Assembly: GCA_049967475.1 (NCBI GenBank)
Contig: JBMFSQ010000003.1
Coordinates: 96,001-160,000 of the forward strand
DNA length: 64,000 bases
Direction: 5' to 3'
From: Chthonomonadales bacterium
Lineage (GTDB): Bacteria; Armatimonadota; Chthonomonadetes; Chthonomonadales; CAJBBX01
The position numbers were made by a program, and so were the translations under genes. Each line of letters starts with the position of its first letter. Positions within the stretch are counted from its first letter, which is position 1. Under the pieces are notes generated by a model. That model made no database searches. It saw only the letters and a list, made by a program, of their open reading frames with translations, and had not been told where the DNA came from. Shown in pieces: positions 31,048 to 39,432 of this stretch.

Positions 31048-31528
31048 CCGTGTGCGCATCGTCGCGCGCGAAGTAACGGCAGATGATCTGAAGAACCAAA
31101 CATACTTTGGCCACTATGGAGGCCTCACCGGCACAGTCCAGAAGGTCTATAACGATTTGGAGATTGCCGTGGAGGTGCATCCGGAGAGCCTTTCGCAAGA
31201 AATACGGGATCGGCACCTGGATGTGCGCAACCAGATGAAAACCAAATGGCTGGAAGGCCTTTCCGAAGAGGGGAGGAGCCATCTTACAGAGCGCGAGAAG
31301 GATTTCAACCTTCGCTATGTGGTTCTCGTGTCCGGTAAGGACTTGGAAAAGGTCCCTGGGGAGGGCGGTGCTCCATCCGCTCAGGGCAAAGGCTCCGGGC
31401 CCAAGAAGGAACAAGGAGAACATGTCGCCACCATCGTGGAAGGTTCTTCGGCGGCGCGCAAGACGTTAGCCGAAATCGAGGCAGCCGAACAAGCCGAGCT
31501 GTTGAAGCGGGCGTCGGGCGAAAAGTAG
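31025..31528 (+). CDS. Hypothetical protein with N-terminal SH3/KOW-like segment
   Basis: GGAGAAGAGG SD, KQGDRVRIV...GLTGTVQKV; overlaps the holB end. Confidence 0.75.
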   Translation: MSRWKQGDRVRIVAREVTADDLKNQTYFGHYGGLTGTVQKVYNDLEIAVEVHPESLSQEIRDRHLDVRNQMKTKWLEGLSEEGRSHLTEREKDFNLRYVVLVSGKDLEKVPGEGGAPSAQGKGSGPKKEQGEHVATIVEGSSAARKTLAEIEAAEQAELLKRASGEK

Positions 31529-31665
31529 CAGCCGGCCGGTATCGCCGGACCCATCGCATTCGGCTGCTTCATGGGGTTGGGGTGGGAGAGGAAGGGCCGC
31601 TTGGACGTCCTGGCCGACGGCATGAAGGGCAATGAGGTTCCTGCGCTCCAATCAGGGAGGAGGCC

Positions 31666-32850
31666 GTGATAGATCTCGAACAACTGCTGCCCCAGATAGC
31701 GGACCTCGTGCAATACCGTCTCGCCGAGCTGGCGGCGTGTAGGGGTGGGAAGGATGCCGCGCTGGAGGTAATCGCGGGGTTGGCGGAAGGATGGGAGACG
31801 CTGGCCGAGCGCATCGAAGCTGCCGATGCAGGAGGTCTCATCGCGATTCCTCAGGAGGCGCCTCCGGCCCGCCATCCCTTGCCGGCGGTGCCGCGCGTGT
31901 ATTGCGTCGTAGCGACCGATGGCTCCCAAATCGGCTATGACCGCCATGAGGTGGCGCCCTGTGCCCTCATCAACGTTGGGCGTGTACGCATCGAGTATGA
32001 TGATCCGCCCGCCGTTCGGCTGGATGGATGCCCCACGCTCCTCTACAGAACGGAGGAGCTCATGGAGGCTGATGGCGGCGACGCCCACGTTCTCAGCGCG
32101 CGCCGCATCTCCACGCTGCGCATGGAGCAAGAGTGCCAGGAACTTGGGAAACTGATACAAGAAGCTCGCTCGTCGCGCCCGACCATCGCTTTGGTAGATG
32201 GGACGCTGATCCCGTGGTCCTTGGAAGCCGAGACCGATGAAGTGCGGAAACGCGCACTGGAAGGTTTCGAGCGGTTGCTGAACATAGCGCATTCGGCGCA
32301 GGTTCCTATCGCGGGCTATATCAGCGATCCGGGGAGCCGGGATGTTATGAACCTGCTCCACGCGCTGCGCTGCGGCATCGAAAAGGCGCCGTGCGGCCTG
32401 AAGTGTTTCTCACGACGGGCGCTGAGGAAAGGAGCTCCGTGTGAACCTCTTCAGGATCTAACGGATGCCGTTCTGTTCGCGGCAGTTCTGCAGCCCGGCG
32501 AGCGCTCGGCCGTTTTCCGCAGCCGCTCGCGCATCTTGCAGGATCTGGCGGAAGAGAACCGTACCTGCTTCTGCTACCTTCGGCTGGAGGGGGAAGTGGC
32601 GCGTATCGAAATACCCGCGTGGGTCGCCGAACAGAGCGAGTGGTTCGACCGCGTGCATGCCGTCGTGTGGGATCAGGTGCAGAAGGGCCTTGGCTATCCC
32701 AGGGCTCTCACTGAAGCCCATGAACTCGCTGTTGTGCGGGGCGAGGACCGGCGTCTCTTTTTCGAGCTGCTCAGCGCTCAGCTAGCCGCAAAGGGCCTCC
32801 CGCTGACCAGAACCGGCAAAGCTATGGCGAAGGCCGTGAGGAGCGTTTAG
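31666..32850 (+). CDS. nurA: NurA domain nuclease
   Basis: GGAGGAGG SD; ATDGSQI, LVDGTL, GYIS, RIEIP, GYPRALTEAHELAVV. Confidence 0.88.
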   Translation: MIDLEQLLPQIADLVQYRLAELAACRGGKDAALEVIAGLAEGWETLAERIEAADAGGLIAIPQEAPPARHPLPAVPRVYCVVATDGSQIGYDRHEVAPCALINVGRVRIEYDDPPAVRLDGCPTLLYRTEELMEADGGDAHVLSARRISTLRMEQECQELGKLIQEARSSRPTIALVDGTLIPWSLEAETDEVRKRALEGFERLLNIAHSAQVPIAGYISDPGSRDVMNLLHALRCGIEKAPCGLKCFSRRALRKGAPCEPLQDLTDAVLFAAVLQPGERSAVFRSRSRILQDLAEENRTCFCYLRLEGEVARIEIPAWVAEQSEWFDRVHAVVWDQVQKGLGYPRALTEAHELAVVRGEDRRLFFELLSAQLAAKGLPLTRTGKAMAKAVRSV

Positions 32851-32994
32851 GCAGGCGGGGAGGCTGAGGGCCGGATGCTCTTGGGAGCGGTCCAAGGATC
32901 CATGGTGCGGGCTGCGGGCCGAAGCCTCCAAGGTCGGACCCGCGCGGCCACAGGGGCCGACGTTGAACGTAACCCGTCTTGCCGGCGCAGGGCG

Positions 32995-33867
32995 TCATCC
33001 TGCTTCGCGCTTCGAGGCTCGATCGCCCAACATGTGCTTGCGCTGGAGGTCGAAGCAGTAGCGTAAGAGAAGTTCCTGCGTGTCGCAGGACAAGTCAGTA
33101 AAGGCGCACTGCGCGACGTAGGGGTAAGGCTCGCTTTTCGGCGCGCGGCGGCATTCCAATACGGATGCATGGAAGAGGGTTCCGCGTTCATCGGTGATGG
33201 GGATGCGCACGGTAATGCGCGTGTCTGCCTTCAGTTGTGTCGGAACGCCGATGCGCGCGCCGCTGGCCGAGATATCGCGGATCGCCCCGCAATAAAATTC
33301 CTCCGATCCGGAGCCACCGCCGGAAACAGACACCATCGTGGGAAGATCCACCCCGACCCGGAAGAATTGGCGCCGCTGGATCCGGGCAACCCAAGGGGGC
33401 CGGGTTACACGTACCTGTACGTCCTCGGCAATCTCCACGCTAAGGACCGTGGCATAGAACTGGTAGGCCGAAGTGGGAGCCGCCACGGTTACGAGAACCG
33501 CTTGATTGCGCTCCAAAAACCGCTCGTCTCCTTCCACCAGCCTCAGCAGAATGGCGCTCCGCTGTACTTGAAGCACTTCCGTACGCACCAGGGGCGGTTC
33601 GGGCACTCCTACAGGCCGAAGCGTTGCCGACGGACTGTTCTTGATGGACGATGTCGCTCGAATCTCGCCTCCCAGGTCTTTCGTCAGAGCAGCAGAAACG
33701 TGCGCCCAATAGATCCTCCGTCCGTAAAGCCAAAGGAGAGCCAGCAGGACGCCCAACCCTACCAGAGCCATCGAGCTCCAGTGGAGGCTTTGTACCGCGT
33801 GAAGGATTGTTGCCGCAGGTCGAGCCAGCCCCATCGGGTCAAGGAACGCAAACGAAAGCGCAGGCAT
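32995..33867 (-). CDS. Membrane-anchored YcgR/PilZ c-di-GMP receptor (flagellar brake-like)
   Basis: QRRQFFRV (RxxxR) and DISASG (DxSxxG), N-terminal TM; start uncertain (33867 or 33834). Confidence 0.85.
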   Translation of the reverse strand: MPALSFAFLDPMGLARPAATILHAVQSLHWSSMALVGLGVLLALLWLYGRRIYWAHVSAALTKDLGGEIRATSSIKNSPSATLRPVGVPEPPLVRTEVLQVQRSAILLRLVEGDERFLERNQAVLVTVAAPTSAYQFYATVLSVEIAEDVQVRVTRPPWVARIQRRQFFRVGVDLPTMVSVSGGGSGSEEFYCGAIRDISASGARIGVPTQLKADTRITVRIPITDERGTLFHASVLECRRAPKSEPYPYVAQCAFTDLSCDTQELLLRYCFDLQRKHMLGDRASKREAG

Positions 33868-34141
33868 CAGAGCCGATCGTGTGGAGGAGATCCTCGGAGA
33901 AGAGCCGTTCGTAGTCCTGCCCGAGCAGTGCAGCGGCCGCCGGCAGCGGTTCGTCCTGACGGCTGCGGGCCGTAACAGAAACTGATGCGCTGCGCCGTTG
34001 AGGTGGACGAGCGCAACGCTCACATTGGATCGTAACGAATGATCGGTACCCATTCGTGCTTCTTGTCGGGCTGCAGCGGCCGGCGAATGCTTCGCGCGCA
34101 GGCTCCAGCACCTGACTGGCCAGCCGCGGACGTTAGTATGA

Positions 34142-34169
34142 GTTTCGGCAGAAGGCCCCTTTTCCATTA
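34142..34169 (-). promoter_or_regulatory. Possible sigma28 (FliA) promoter upstream of the PilZ gene
   Basis: TAAT-N16-GCCGAAAC, versus consensus TAAA-N15/16-GCCGATAA. Confidence 0.35.
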
Positions 34170-34269
34170 CTGGGGCTACCCGCATATACCGGGGGCGCTG
34201 AAGGGGCAGGCAGCAAAGTTCCCAACGGCGAACCGCCAGAGAACTGCGCCGGCTAAGCGCGAATGGCTC

Positions 34270-36234
34270 TCAATGCGGGGTGACGAGGCGTTCGGCCAAT
34301 CCCGCGTGGCGCACGAACTGGGTCAACAGGCGCGCTTCATCAGGCAGGAACGGCCGCTCATCCGTGCGGTACACTTCTACCACGCCCACTCGATTTCTGT
34401 GAATGCTTACGGGGATTGCCAAATAGGCCGAGAAGCGATCCCGGGCCGGTACGGGCGCTGATGTTGACCGGATATCCAGCTCTGCGCCGGGCAGCACCAG
34501 CGGGCGCCCTCTGCGGACGACCCAGCCTGCCAGAGGATCGGCAAGAGGCAGACTGCGCGCCGGCTGTTGACCGCTGCGGAAGCCGCTATGAGCGCAGAGT
34601 GTCAAGGCGTCGCCATCCAGCGCGTACACAGCGCTCCGATCCGCTCGAACTACTGCGATGGCCAGATCGGCCAGGAGCTGGGGAAGATCCCAAGACGCCG
34701 GTGCGGCGCCGATGGCCCGTGCGATGCGGATGAGATAGCGCCGCCGCTCTGCGGACTTCGTGCGCGCTTCTTCCAAGCGCAGAGCATTGGAAAGTGCGGT
34801 GGCCGCAAGGTTTCCTACCGTATAGAGAAGCTCCATCTCGGCTACCGTAAAGAGGCGGCGGCGAAGCGAAAGCCCCAACAGAACGCCCAGATCCGCATCT
34901 CCTACGGACACAGGGACGCAAATAACCGACGCCGCATGCAATGGTGCTGAGGCGTTGCGAGGGTCGGCGGCCACGTCGGCCACAGCCGTAGGGGTCATCC
35001 ACTCATAGGTCCATCCCGCAATGCCTTCGCCGGGGCGCGGCCGAACACGGTTGAAGTCCGCAAGGTCCATTCCGCGAGCCGCTCGCGCCTCCAAACGCCC
35101 GTCGCGAGGATTGTGCAACATCACCGCAGATTGGTCCACTCCCAGGAGCTCCAGGGCCGCATCGGCGACGACGCCGCAAATATGATCGGGAGCTAGGTCG
35201 GTGTTAACCTTCTGTGAGAGGTTGTAGAGGGCGGTGGCTTCCTCGGCGCGGCGTGTGGCGTCGTCAAAAAGCCAAGCATTGGCGATGGCGATGCCCGATT
35301 GCGCGGCCACCACCCCAAGAAGCTCGGCGTCTGCATGGGTATAGGCTTGGGGCTGGCGGCTGGAGATGACCAGTACTCCCAGGTTCTCGTTGCGGCTTCG
35401 AATAGGCGCGACCAAGGCGGAGCGCGAACCGATAAAGATCGCCGATGGGGTAATCGGCCGATCCGGCGGAGCCTCTGAACCTGCGTCTGAGGCTCCGGTT
35501 TCTCCGTCGTGTTGAAGAATGCGCGCTCTGCCCTCCTCCAATGCAGGAGCAACCTGCGGATCGGCGGCCGCCAACTGCACTTCCGTCTCGTCCTCGTCCA
35601 GGCCGCGATGGGCTGCGATGAAGAGATGGGTGCGCTCGTCGTTGAGGAGAAAAACCGCGGCGCCGTGGTAGGAAAAGTGGGCGCATACGGTGTCCAGAAT
35701 AGTGTCCAGGACTTCCTGTACGTTGAGGCTCCCGGTTACGGAGCGCGCGGCTTCGTAGAGCACGGAGAGCTCGCGCTCGATCTGATGAGAACGCGCCAGC
35801 AGCCGTTGCCGGCTGACAGCGATAGACGCCAAACCCGCAAGGAGCTCTGCGACGGCCTCAACATCAGCACGCTCTGCCCCGGCTTCAATTCCTACGGCGA
35901 TGAGCGCACCGGTTGTTACACCGTCGCACCGGATGGGAACGCACACTGCAGGCGGTTGTTGGGAGTAGGTGATGCGTTCCGTAGCGATGCAGGCTGCCGC
36001 CAGAGATCCCTGGAATGGAATGCGCATCCCCAAGAGTTCCGCTTCATTCGGGCCGTCTACGGCAATGAAGTCCAGGTACTGCCTGGCAGCATCACACATC
36101 CCGAGGGCGGCTGTGGCAGCGCCGGTGAAACGGCGCAATTCGGCAACAAGCATGCTGAACACGCTATTGTGGATGGGACCGGCTGCCACCGTCTCTGCGA
36201 TACGGGCAAGTGCTTTGTGAAGGTCAGCAGTCAT
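34270..36234 (-). CDS. Tandem multi-GAF domain protein without an output domain
   Basis: About four GAF repeats (CVPI..G.LIA; LVAPIR..LGVL; ICVPV..LGVL; LAIPV..VGVV) joined by coiled linkers; start 36234 favoured because the promoter overlaps ATG 36291. Confidence 0.85.
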   Translation of the reverse strand: MTADLHKALARIAETVAAGPIHNSVFSMLVAELRRFTGAATAALGMCDAARQYLDFIAVDGPNEAELLGMRIPFQGSLAAACIATERITYSQQPPAVCVPIRCDGVTTGALIAVGIEAGAERADVEAVAELLAGLASIAVSRQRLLARSHQIERELSVLYEAARSVTGSLNVQEVLDTILDTVCAHFSYHGAAVFLLNDERTHLFIAAHRGLDEDETEVQLAAADPQVAPALEEGRARILQHDGETGASDAGSEAPPDRPITPSAIFIGSRSALVAPIRSRNENLGVLVISSRQPQAYTHADAELLGVVAAQSGIAIANAWLFDDATRRAEEATALYNLSQKVNTDLAPDHICGVVADAALELLGVDQSAVMLHNPRDGRLEARAARGMDLADFNRVRPRPGEGIAGWTYEWMTPTAVADVAADPRNASAPLHAASVICVPVSVGDADLGVLLGLSLRRRLFTVAEMELLYTVGNLAATALSNALRLEEARTKSAERRRYLIRIARAIGAAPASWDLPQLLADLAIAVVRADRSAVYALDGDALTLCAHSGFRSGQQPARSLPLADPLAGWVVRRGRPLVLPGAELDIRSTSAPVPARDRFSAYLAIPVSIHRNRVGVVEVYRTDERPFLPDEARLLTQFVRHAGLAERLVTPH

Positions 36235-36281
36235 GGCTAGGCTTGCAGGCTGAGGCCCACTCACACGCGGGATGCTCGCCC

Positions 36282-36311
36282 ATTGTCGCATAGCGGTATC
36301 AAGCGTGTCAA
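36282..36311 (-). promoter_or_regulatory. sigma70 promoter of the GAF gene
   Basis: TTGACA-N18-GACAAT with extended -10 TG. Confidence 0.5.
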
Positions 36312-36377
36312 GGGGGTTTCATAGGCCACGAGGCGGAGTGGTCCTCCGGGTGGGTGCTATGGGCAGCCCAAAGGGGC

Positions 36378-36406
36378 TTGACATATTATTGGCGATATGG
36401 GAAAAT
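36378..36406 (+). promoter_or_regulatory. sigma70 promoter of the efflux operon with overlapping inverted repeat
   Basis: TTGACA-N17-GAAAAT; CATAT-N8-ATATG at 36382-36399. Confidence 0.65.
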
Positions 36407-36460
36407 ACCAATGTCCTGCACGATTCACTTGCAGCAGATCGCCGGATAGGAGGTAGGAAG

Positions 36461-37852
36461 ATGCTGTGTCTGCCGGGTGCACGGGCTACCAGGCGCCCAT
36501 TGATCCACCGGCTGCGGAACCCCGGCCGCCTGATCCTGCTGGCTGGAGCGATGTTGATGGGAGGATGCACCGCAGTCTCTGCTCAGCCGACCCAGCGCGA
36601 AGAAGCCGTGCTGACACTTCAGGCGGCAATCAACGGAGCGCTTCAAAACGCGCCGGTGATCCTCGCTGCCGAGAGGGAAGTCGCGGCAGGGCGCCAGCAA
36701 GTAAACAGCGTTCGAGGCCTTGCGTATGGAGAGCTTGACGCACTGGTTACCGCGCAGCACCTGAATGATGCGCAATTGCTCCGGCCTCTGGCTGGGCCGA
36801 TCTCCGCCTCCAGCATGGCCACGGCTCCATTTGCCCAAGACCAGCTTCATGCAGGAGCGGTCTATACCTTCCCACTGTACGATGGCAGGCAGATCGCCAA
36901 CCGCATTCTAATCGCTGAACTTAGCGAGGCAAAGGCCCGCAGCTTTCTGAAAGGCACCCGAGCCGATGTGACGTACAACGTCACTGCGCTGTACGTGCAG
37001 GCTCAGGCGCTGCGGGCCCAGGCGGATGCCCTCACCGCAGAGATCGAGGAGCTGGACACCACCCGAAAGAACACAGAGCTGGCCGTGAAGATCGGGAAGC
37101 GCGCCGACGTGGAGCTGCTCAAGATCGTAGATCGGGTTCGCGAAGCAGAGGCCGCGCGGGAAGCCGTCCTTGCGCAGCGGCGGCGGGTGGTGGCCACGCT
37201 CTTGGCTGTCATGGGGCGTGACCCCGCCGGCGCTCCGAAGTTGGCCCCTCTTCCAGAGGAGCTCCCGTCGGTTCGGATGGCTTTTCAGGACCTTGAAGCG
37301 GCTGCGGCACGGCGCACCTCGGTGACCGTCGCCCAACTCACCGTCCGGCAGGGGGAGCGCAATGTGTCCCTGGCGCGCGGTTCTTTGGAGCCCGTGATTT
37401 CGCTCCAGACGAGCTACCTCAGGCATTTCGACGCCGCCTATCCGGACAATTCGCGGGAAACGTGGTTCGTAGGGATGGCCGTTTCTATGCCTTTACTGGA
37501 TTGGGGGGTTCGCCGAGCTGCCCTGAGCAAAAGCCGGGAGGAGACGCAGGCGGCAAAGGCGCAAGCCGACGGCGCCAGGCTGCAGGCGATGGCTGATCTC
37601 CAGGCGGCACTTGCGGCGTGGGATGCCGCCAAGAAGCAGTTGGATGCTGCGAACGCTCAGTATGATGCGGCCCGCGAGGTCGCACGGATCGAGCAATTGA
37701 GGTACGACACGGGAGCCGGAGATATCGAAGACTTGCTGCGCGCCAGAACTCGCGAGGCGGCGGCGCGAACCGCGCAGGCCAATGCGAAGGCGCTCGTTTT
37801 GGTAAGCGGCGCCCAAATCAACCACGTCACGGAACAGGAGGCAGTCCGATGA
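36461..37852 (+). CDS. TolC family outer membrane efflux protein
   Basis: AGGAGG SD; LTLQAAI..ALQNAP, FPLYDG, MPLLDWG, RYDTG; two OEP repeats. Confidence 0.9.
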   Translation: MLCLPGARATRRPLIHRLRNPGRLILLAGAMLMGGCTAVSAQPTQREEAVLTLQAAINGALQNAPVILAAEREVAAGRQQVNSVRGLAYGELDALVTAQHLNDAQLLRPLAGPISASSMATAPFAQDQLHAGAVYTFPLYDGRQIANRILIAELSEAKARSFLKGTRADVTYNVTALYVQAQALRAQADALTAEIEELDTTRKNTELAVKIGKRADVELLKIVDRVREAEAAREAVLAQRRRVVATLLAVMGRDPAGAPKLAPLPEELPSVRMAFQDLEAAAARRTSVTVAQLTVRQGERNVSLARGSLEPVISLQTSYLRHFDAAYPDNSRETWFVGMAVSMPLLDWGVRRAALSKSREETQAAKAQADGARLQAMADLQAALAAWDAAKKQLDAANAQYDAAREVARIEQLRYDTGAGDIEDLLRARTREAAARTAQANAKALVLVSGAQINHVTEQEAVR

Positions 37853-39432
37853 ATCCACGCTTGCGCGCAACCCTTTGGATCCTGGCAGCTTTGATTGGGA
37901 TAGGCGCTTTGGCGAGGGTGCGCATGCTGCGTGTTCGCCAACTTCAGGATGCTCCCCGCCTTGAAGAGCCTCCGCTTGCCGTGCAGACTGCTGCGGTGCG
38001 GCAGGGGCGCGTCTCCGCCACGATCACCGAGCAGGGTGTGCTGGTGGCCGAGACCGAGAGTGCTGTGGCCCCGCAAGTGATGGCTCGCTGCATCGAAGTG
38101 AACAAGCACGAAGGCGATCGTGTTCGGGAAGGAGAGGTCATCGCGAGGCTGGACGACGAGGAACTGCGCGACATCCTCAATACGCAGGCATCGGAAATGT
38201 TGAGCGGGCGGGAGGCGGCAGCAGCCCAATTCGCCGAAGTAGCCCGGGCCCGCGAGGATGTTGCCGCCCGCAGTGCCGATGTGGAGGGTGCTCGTGCCGC
38301 CGCGGCTGCTGCCCAGTCAGAAGTGGATGCCGCCCGTCAACTGCTGGCAGCGCAGACAGCCGATATGCAAGGTGCACAACAGGCCGTCGCAGCCCAGCAG
38401 GCGGACGTGGACCGCGTACGAGAGAACCTTGCCGCGGCGGAGGCGGCTGCTGCAACTCAGCGGTCGAAAACTGCACGGGACCGCATCCTGTACGAAAACA
38501 GGGCCATATCCCAAGAGCAATGGGAGGCTTCCCAAACGGCTTTAGTGCAGAGTGAACGTGCGGTTGCCGCGCTCAAACGCCAGATCGAGGCGCTGGGCCG
38601 GGGAGTAGATGCAGCAAAGATGCGGGTGGTGTCGCTTCAAAGGGGGATGGACGCCACGCGCCAGAGGATCGCTTCACTCTCAAACAATGTGGAGCAGGCC
38701 CACAAGAAAGTACGTTCCCTGTTGGCGACCCTTGCCGACGCCCGCCAGCGTGTCGCCGCCCAGCGTCACACGGCAGAAGCTGCGGAACGCAAGGCCCAGG
38801 CTTTGGCACAGAACGTGATGACGGTGCGCACCCGCTTGGGCTATACGCTCATCCGCGCACCCTACGACGGCGTCATCACGGCACGTTTGGCGGAACCAGG
38901 GAACCTGGTGATGCCGGGGCAGCCGATTTACCGCATTCTGAAACCGGGCTCTGTGAAGGTCATCGTGAACCTTCCTCAGGAGGATCTGGGGCTCGTGCGG
39001 ACGGGAACGCATGCGATACTCTCTGCACCGGCTGGGTCCATGCGTGCGTACGTAACGCGCGTCTATCCCTCCCTCTCCAACAGCCGGTTGGGAGTAGCTG
39101 AGATCCTTCTTGCCCGCGCACCCTTTGGCCTTAAGAGCGGGTCCACGGTGCAGGTGGCTCTACAAACCCTATCCAAAGAAGGCATTGTTGTGCCCATTCG
39201 ATCCGTTCTGGATGGCGCCCACGGATCTTTGGTTTTCAAAGTGGAGAACGGGGTCGCCCGCAGCGTTCCGATTGTGGTCCTCACCCGGGGAACTCAGGAA
39301 GCCGTCGTCAGCGGCAATCTGAGCCCGGGGGACGTCGTCGTGGTGGGAACGCCGGCAGAGCTTATGGTGGTAACGAACGGACGCAAGATTGCAGCGATCC
39401 AGCCGGGAGGGTCCTCCGATGAGGTTCGTTGA
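37849..39432 (+). CDS. RND periplasmic adaptor (MFP) with very long alpha-hairpin
   Basis: N-terminal TM, EGDRVREGEVIARLD, IRAPYDGVI..EPGNLV, GDVVVV. Confidence 0.92.
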   Translation: MNPRLRATLWILAALIGIGALARVRMLRVRQLQDAPRLEEPPLAVQTAAVRQGRVSATITEQGVLVAETESAVAPQVMARCIEVNKHEGDRVREGEVIARLDDEELRDILNTQASEMLSGREAAAAQFAEVARAREDVAARSADVEGARAAAAAAQSEVDAARQLLAAQTADMQGAQQAVAAQQADVDRVRENLAAAEAAAATQRSKTARDRILYENRAISQEQWEASQTALVQSERAVAALKRQIEALGRGVDAAKMRVVSLQRGMDATRQRIASLSNNVEQAHKKVRSLLATLADARQRVAAQRHTAEAAERKAQALAQNVMTVRTRLGYTLIRAPYDGVITARLAEPGNLVMPGQPIYRILKPGSVKVIVNLPQEDLGLVRTGTHAILSAPAGSMRAYVTRVYPSLSNSRLGVAEILLARAPFGLKSGSTVQVALQTLSKEGIVVPIRSVLDGAHGSLVFKVENGVARSVPIVVLTRGTQEAVVSGNLSPGDVVVVGTPAELMVVTNGRKIAAIQPGGSSDEVR

